From: Candidatus Heimdallarchaeota archaeon | Lineage (GTDB): Archaea; Asgardarchaeota; Heimdallarchaeia; Heimdallarchaeales; Heimdallarchaeaceae | Length of the DNA: 64,000 nucleotides | Assembly (NCBI GenBank): GCA_018238545.1 | Contig: JABCTC010000001.1 | Location: 64,001-128,000 of the forward strand | Direction of reading: 5' to 3' | Part shown: positions 60,893-64,000 of the stretch, in pieces | Numbering within the stretch: position 1 is the first letter of the stretch | Layout: the number at the start of each line of letters is the position of its first letter | Program-made: the position numbers and the translations under genes | The notes under the pieces: generated by a model | The model's input: the letters and a program-made list of their open reading frames with translations, nothing else | What the model was told of the DNA's origin: nothing | Databases searched by the model: none

Positions 60893-61536
60893 ATAACATG
60901 AGCAAAGAATTAATCGATATGAAAATAACAGAGTTTCTCGAAATTTTAGCGTCTGACGCTCCTGCCCCTGGTGGTGGAGCCGCAGCTGCTATCGCTGGAG
61001 CAATGGGCGCAGGATTAGGTTCAATGGTTGCTAACCTAACTATTGGTAAAGAAGGATATGAAACTGTACAAGACCTCTTCAAGGAAAAGCTTGTCAAAAC
61101 TGAAGCATTAAGAGCTAAGTTAACCGAATTAGTTGATTTAGATGCCAATGCTTTTAGTGGAGTAATCAAATCATTTGGTTTGCCAAAGGGAACAGAAGAG
61201 GAAAAGGCTGTTCGTTCTGCTACAATTTTATCAGAATATAAAGTTGCCACTGAAGTTCCCATGGAAACTTGTAAAGCATGCAGAGAAGTTATAGACCATC
61301 TAATTGATATGGGCACTAAAGGCAATAAAAACGCTTTAAGTGACATCGCAGTTGGTGCTTTATGCGCTCTTACAGGACTTAAATCAGCTGTTCATAATGT
61401 TGAAATTAATCTTGGTTATATATCTGGTAAAGATAAAGCATATGCAGAGCAGATGGAAGCACAACTAGGAAGTTTATTAGAGAATATTGATGAAAAGGTC
61501 AACAAACTCGATGAAGATGTTCGAGCAACCTTTTAA
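60889..61536 (+). CDS. fchA: formiminotetrahydrofolate cyclodeaminase
   Basis: LASDAPAPGGG, MVANLT, GNKNALSD, NVEINL. Confidence 0.9.
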   Translation: MNNMSKELIDMKITEFLEILASDAPAPGGGAAAAIAGAMGAGLGSMVANLTIGKEGYETVQDLFKEKLVKTEALRAKLTELVDLDANAFSGVIKSFGLPKGTEEEKAVRSATILSEYKVATEVPMETCKACREVIDHLIDMGTKGNKNALSDIAVGALCALTGLKSAVHNVEINLGYISGKDKAYAEQMEAQLGSLLENIDEKVNKLDEDVRATF

Positions 61537-61571
61537 CAATTTTTCTTTTTTATTTACTAATGTGATAATAG

Positions 61572-62117
61572 ATGAATCTAGTTTCCAAACTTCGAACTGT
61601 TCTTGATCCAATAAACAAAGAATTTCAATTCAAAGAAAATCTTGTTTTAACAGCTGTTCTGATCCCTATTTTCGTAATTGATGAGAAAATCCTTATGACT
61701 AAAAGATCCAACCTTGTAAAATTCCATAAAAGACAAATAGCCTTTCCTGGAGGGAGATATGATGATCAAGACCAAGATCTTATTACTACTGCCTTAAGGG
61801 AAACTTATGAAGAAGTTGGTATAAAACCTGCTCAAGTTGAAGTTATAGGAAAGCTTAACCCATTAGAGACAATAAATAATCATTATGTACATCCCTATGT
61901 TGGTATCATCTCAGAAGATATAGAAATAATAATTAATCCTGATGAAGTTGCAGAATATTTCTTTGTTCCTATAACTAAATTGTTGGATAAGAGCACTGCA
62001 AAAAAGGGATTTATAGCCGGAGGATTAAGATCATATTACTCTGTGGAAAAATACAAAATCTGGGGCATTACAGCTGGAATTTTATCTGATTTCTTAACTA
62101 GATTAAACTCTTTTTAG
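61572..62117 (+). CDS. Nudix CoA pyrophosphatase
   Basis: QIAFPGG...TALRETYEEVG, IWGITA. Confidence 0.88.
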   Translation: MNLVSKLRTVLDPINKEFQFKENLVLTAVLIPIFVIDEKILMTKRSNLVKFHKRQIAFPGGRYDDQDQDLITTALRETYEEVGIKPAQVEVIGKLNPLETINNHYVHPYVGIISEDIEIIINPDEVAEYFFVPITKLLDKSTAKKGFIAGGLRSYYSVEKYKIWGITAGILSDFLTRLNSF

Positions 62118-62512
62118 AACTTAAGTTCATCGAGTAAACTATCTATTTCATCATCTTCATCAGAACTTTCTTCTGTTTCCTCTTCACTTGTTTCGTCTTC
62201 TATCATGACTATAACTGGTATTCTCTGATCTTTCAGATAGTATTTGTATGCTTCTCTGTCTCCCAGAGCATCTAACATACTACCTGCTAACTCACTATAA
62301 GCATCATCTAGAGTTACGATTGAATCCTGTGTTTGTTGCCAAGTGTAAAATTCGCTTTTGTTCGCATGAAAGTATGTGACCATTTCCTTAGGATTGAAAA
62401 ATTTCTTTTCGATATCATCTCGTATAGATGTAAGTTTGAAGAGGTTGAATCGATATTTTTCTAACATATGCCCACTTTTTTCCAAGTAATCCTTGAAAGT
62501 AATTTCTTGCAT
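62114..62512 (-). CDS. hypothetical protein with acidic tail
   Basis: clean ORF. Confidence 0.65.
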   Translation of the reverse strand: MQEITFKDYLEKSGHMLEKYRFNLFKLTSIRDDIEKKFFNPKEMVTYFHANKSEFYTWQQTQDSIVTLDDAYSELAGSMLDALGDREAYKYYLKDQRIPVIVMIEDETSEEETEESSDEDDEIDSLLDELKF

Positions 62513-62604
62513 GAATCAATATAATTTTCTTTGAATATAACTTATTCGGCTTAAATACATAAGATAGAGGTAAATTTCTTAAATAGTTCATATAATGTCC
62601 TCTC

Positions 62605-63114
62605 ATGTTTGATAATCTAGAGTTACCTTCAAGTATGGTAGATTACCTAATTTCAATAACACCAATTCTAGGAATATCTGGGACATTAGACAATTATGCA
62701 ATGTATGTTTTTAGCAAATATTTTGCGCTATCTGATAATAAGATACTACTCCATTTTGAAGAATCAGATGTCCCAGAAACGATTAGTTTGAACATTCTTC
62801 GTAAAGGAGACGACAATACTGTCATTTCTGGTTACAAGAATGAGAAACTAGACCAGAAGCGTTTAGAAACAGCTAAAGTCCTCAACAATCCATATTATGT
62901 ACACTCTGTGATAACTTTTGAAGTTAAGTTTGAAGAAAAGCTAGATTATCAAGAAAATGAAACATTAGCGATCTATAAAGTAGTAGCAGCGTTTGGAGTT
63001 GCAGGATTGGATCCCACATTCAATGATAAAGTTACATTAGCAAAAACTTTTGAAATAATGTCATTATCGGCTGTAGATAACTATATTATAGAGCGAAAAA
63101 TAGAAAATTGTTGA
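62605..63114 (+). CDS. hypothetical protein
   Basis: first of three abutting ORFs. Confidence 0.65.
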   Translation: MFDNLELPSSMVDYLISITPILGISGTLDNYAMYVFSKYFALSDNKILLHFEESDVPETISLNILRKGDDNTVISGYKNEKLDQKRLETAKVLNNPYYVHSVITFEVKFEEKLDYQENETLAIYKVVAAFGVAGLDPTFNDKVTLAKTFEIMSLSAVDNYIIERKIENC

Positions 63115-63486
63115 GTGAATCGAATGCCTACACGAAGTAGCAAGAAATACGTGAAATATGAGCTTAGTTACAAACAAAAACGAAAACTCCTTAAGCTCTC
63201 AACTAAGCACGAAATTGATCCAGAAAACATTATCTTGATTATTGAAGAATTCTTTGATGAATGGTCTGAAAACACTAATAACATCAGCTGGCAGACTGTT
63301 TTAACTTACTTAAACATAAAAATACTTAACAAACGCATAAACAATATGTCAGATGAAATTGTTGAAATAAAGAAGAAGAATACTACCCAGAAAAAGATGT
63401 TAGTCGAATATGAAGATGATTATTTAGCATTGATAGAGTTAGGGAAAGCTCTTGAATCCTTAACAAAGATTGGTGATCAAGCATGA
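63115..63486 (+). CDS. hypothetical coiled-coil protein
   Basis: abuts its neighbours; heptad-like C-terminus. Confidence 0.6.
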   Translation: MNRMPTRSSKKYVKYELSYKQKRKLLKLSTKHEIDPENIILIIEEFFDEWSENTNNISWQTVLTYLNIKILNKRINNMSDEIVEIKKKNTTQKKMLVEYEDDYLALIELGKALESLTKIGDQA

Positions 63487-63905
63487 AGAAAAAACAAACT
63501 TTCAATATTCATCTTCCTGATACAATTTCAGAGCAAATAGATGACATAGAAAATGTTGTGGATAACTTTCTTTCAAATTTCAAGTATCTTGAGAATCTTG
63601 AACTTGATGATTTAACTAATGAAGAGAACCTAGAACTGGATCTAACCCGATTATCTGAAGAATTTAATCAGATAAGTCAAGTTTATGGCAAACTTCGTCA
63701 AGAATATGGTGTTTTGAATTTCCATGGTAATGAACTTTATACAAGAAATACTTTAACAGGATTGAAACTAGGTCTTGTGACTGGTAAACTTGAAAGAGCA
63801 AAATCTATCTGGGGAACTCAACTAGCTTTGGATTATGATGCTGCAAAAGAACTTATACAATATTTCTTTGACAGGTATCTTAAGAAAAGTGAAGATGATG
63901 ATTAA
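63483..63905 (+). CDS. hypothetical coiled-coil protein
   Basis: ATGA overlap with the upstream ORF. Confidence 0.6.
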   Translation: MKKKQTFNIHLPDTISEQIDDIENVVDNFLSNFKYLENLELDDLTNEENLELDLTRLSEEFNQISQVYGKLRQEYGVLNFHGNELYTRNTLTGLKLGLVTGKLERAKSIWGTQLALDYDAAKELIQYFFDRYLKKSEDDD

Positions 63906-64000
63906 TTCGAATTTGAATTAATCTTTTCATCGTTTTCTTCCTTTAGTTTACTCTTCTGTTGTTCTGTTTTCTCTTTGCTATTGTCCTCTCCATTTTCTTT

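Overview
AT-rich archaeal chromosomal segment. Longin+DENN-like proteins, an Arf-like GTPase-longin fusion, a TPR-longin-like protein, PEF-CTERM surface proteins, an ADP-forming acyl-CoA synthetase and GGTGA/GGAGG ribosome sites point to an Asgard (probably Heimdallarchaeia-like) archaeon; this is an inference. Housekeeping and metabolic genes include dus, acdA, threonine dehydrogenase, guaB, lat, ftcD/fchA, Nudix enzymes and a reductive-dehalogenase-like protein. Main non-routine observations: (1) a frameshifted TnpB with a rearranged RuvC, bracketed by ~50-bp imperfect inverted repeats, plus a stand-alone copy of its omega-RNA scaffold 49 kb away that has its own TATA-like box, covarying stems and a different putative guide; (2) a ~14-kb bacterial-looking lipid island (2x radical SAM + 2x small ORF + 2x AUR1/PAP2, MMPL, TetR with operator arrays, patatin, DegV); (3) two integrase-free toxin-antitoxin cassettes, each flanked by an 80-90-bp diverged duplication of a host gene end; (4) a hyper-acidic protein carrying an isolated large-serine-recombinase DNA-binding domain; (5) a ~390-bp highly structured non-coding insertion in a hydrolase pseudogene; (6) several candidate small RNAs. 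No rRNA, tRNA or CRISPR array was recognised. All family calls come from reading motifs by eye; no database searches were run.
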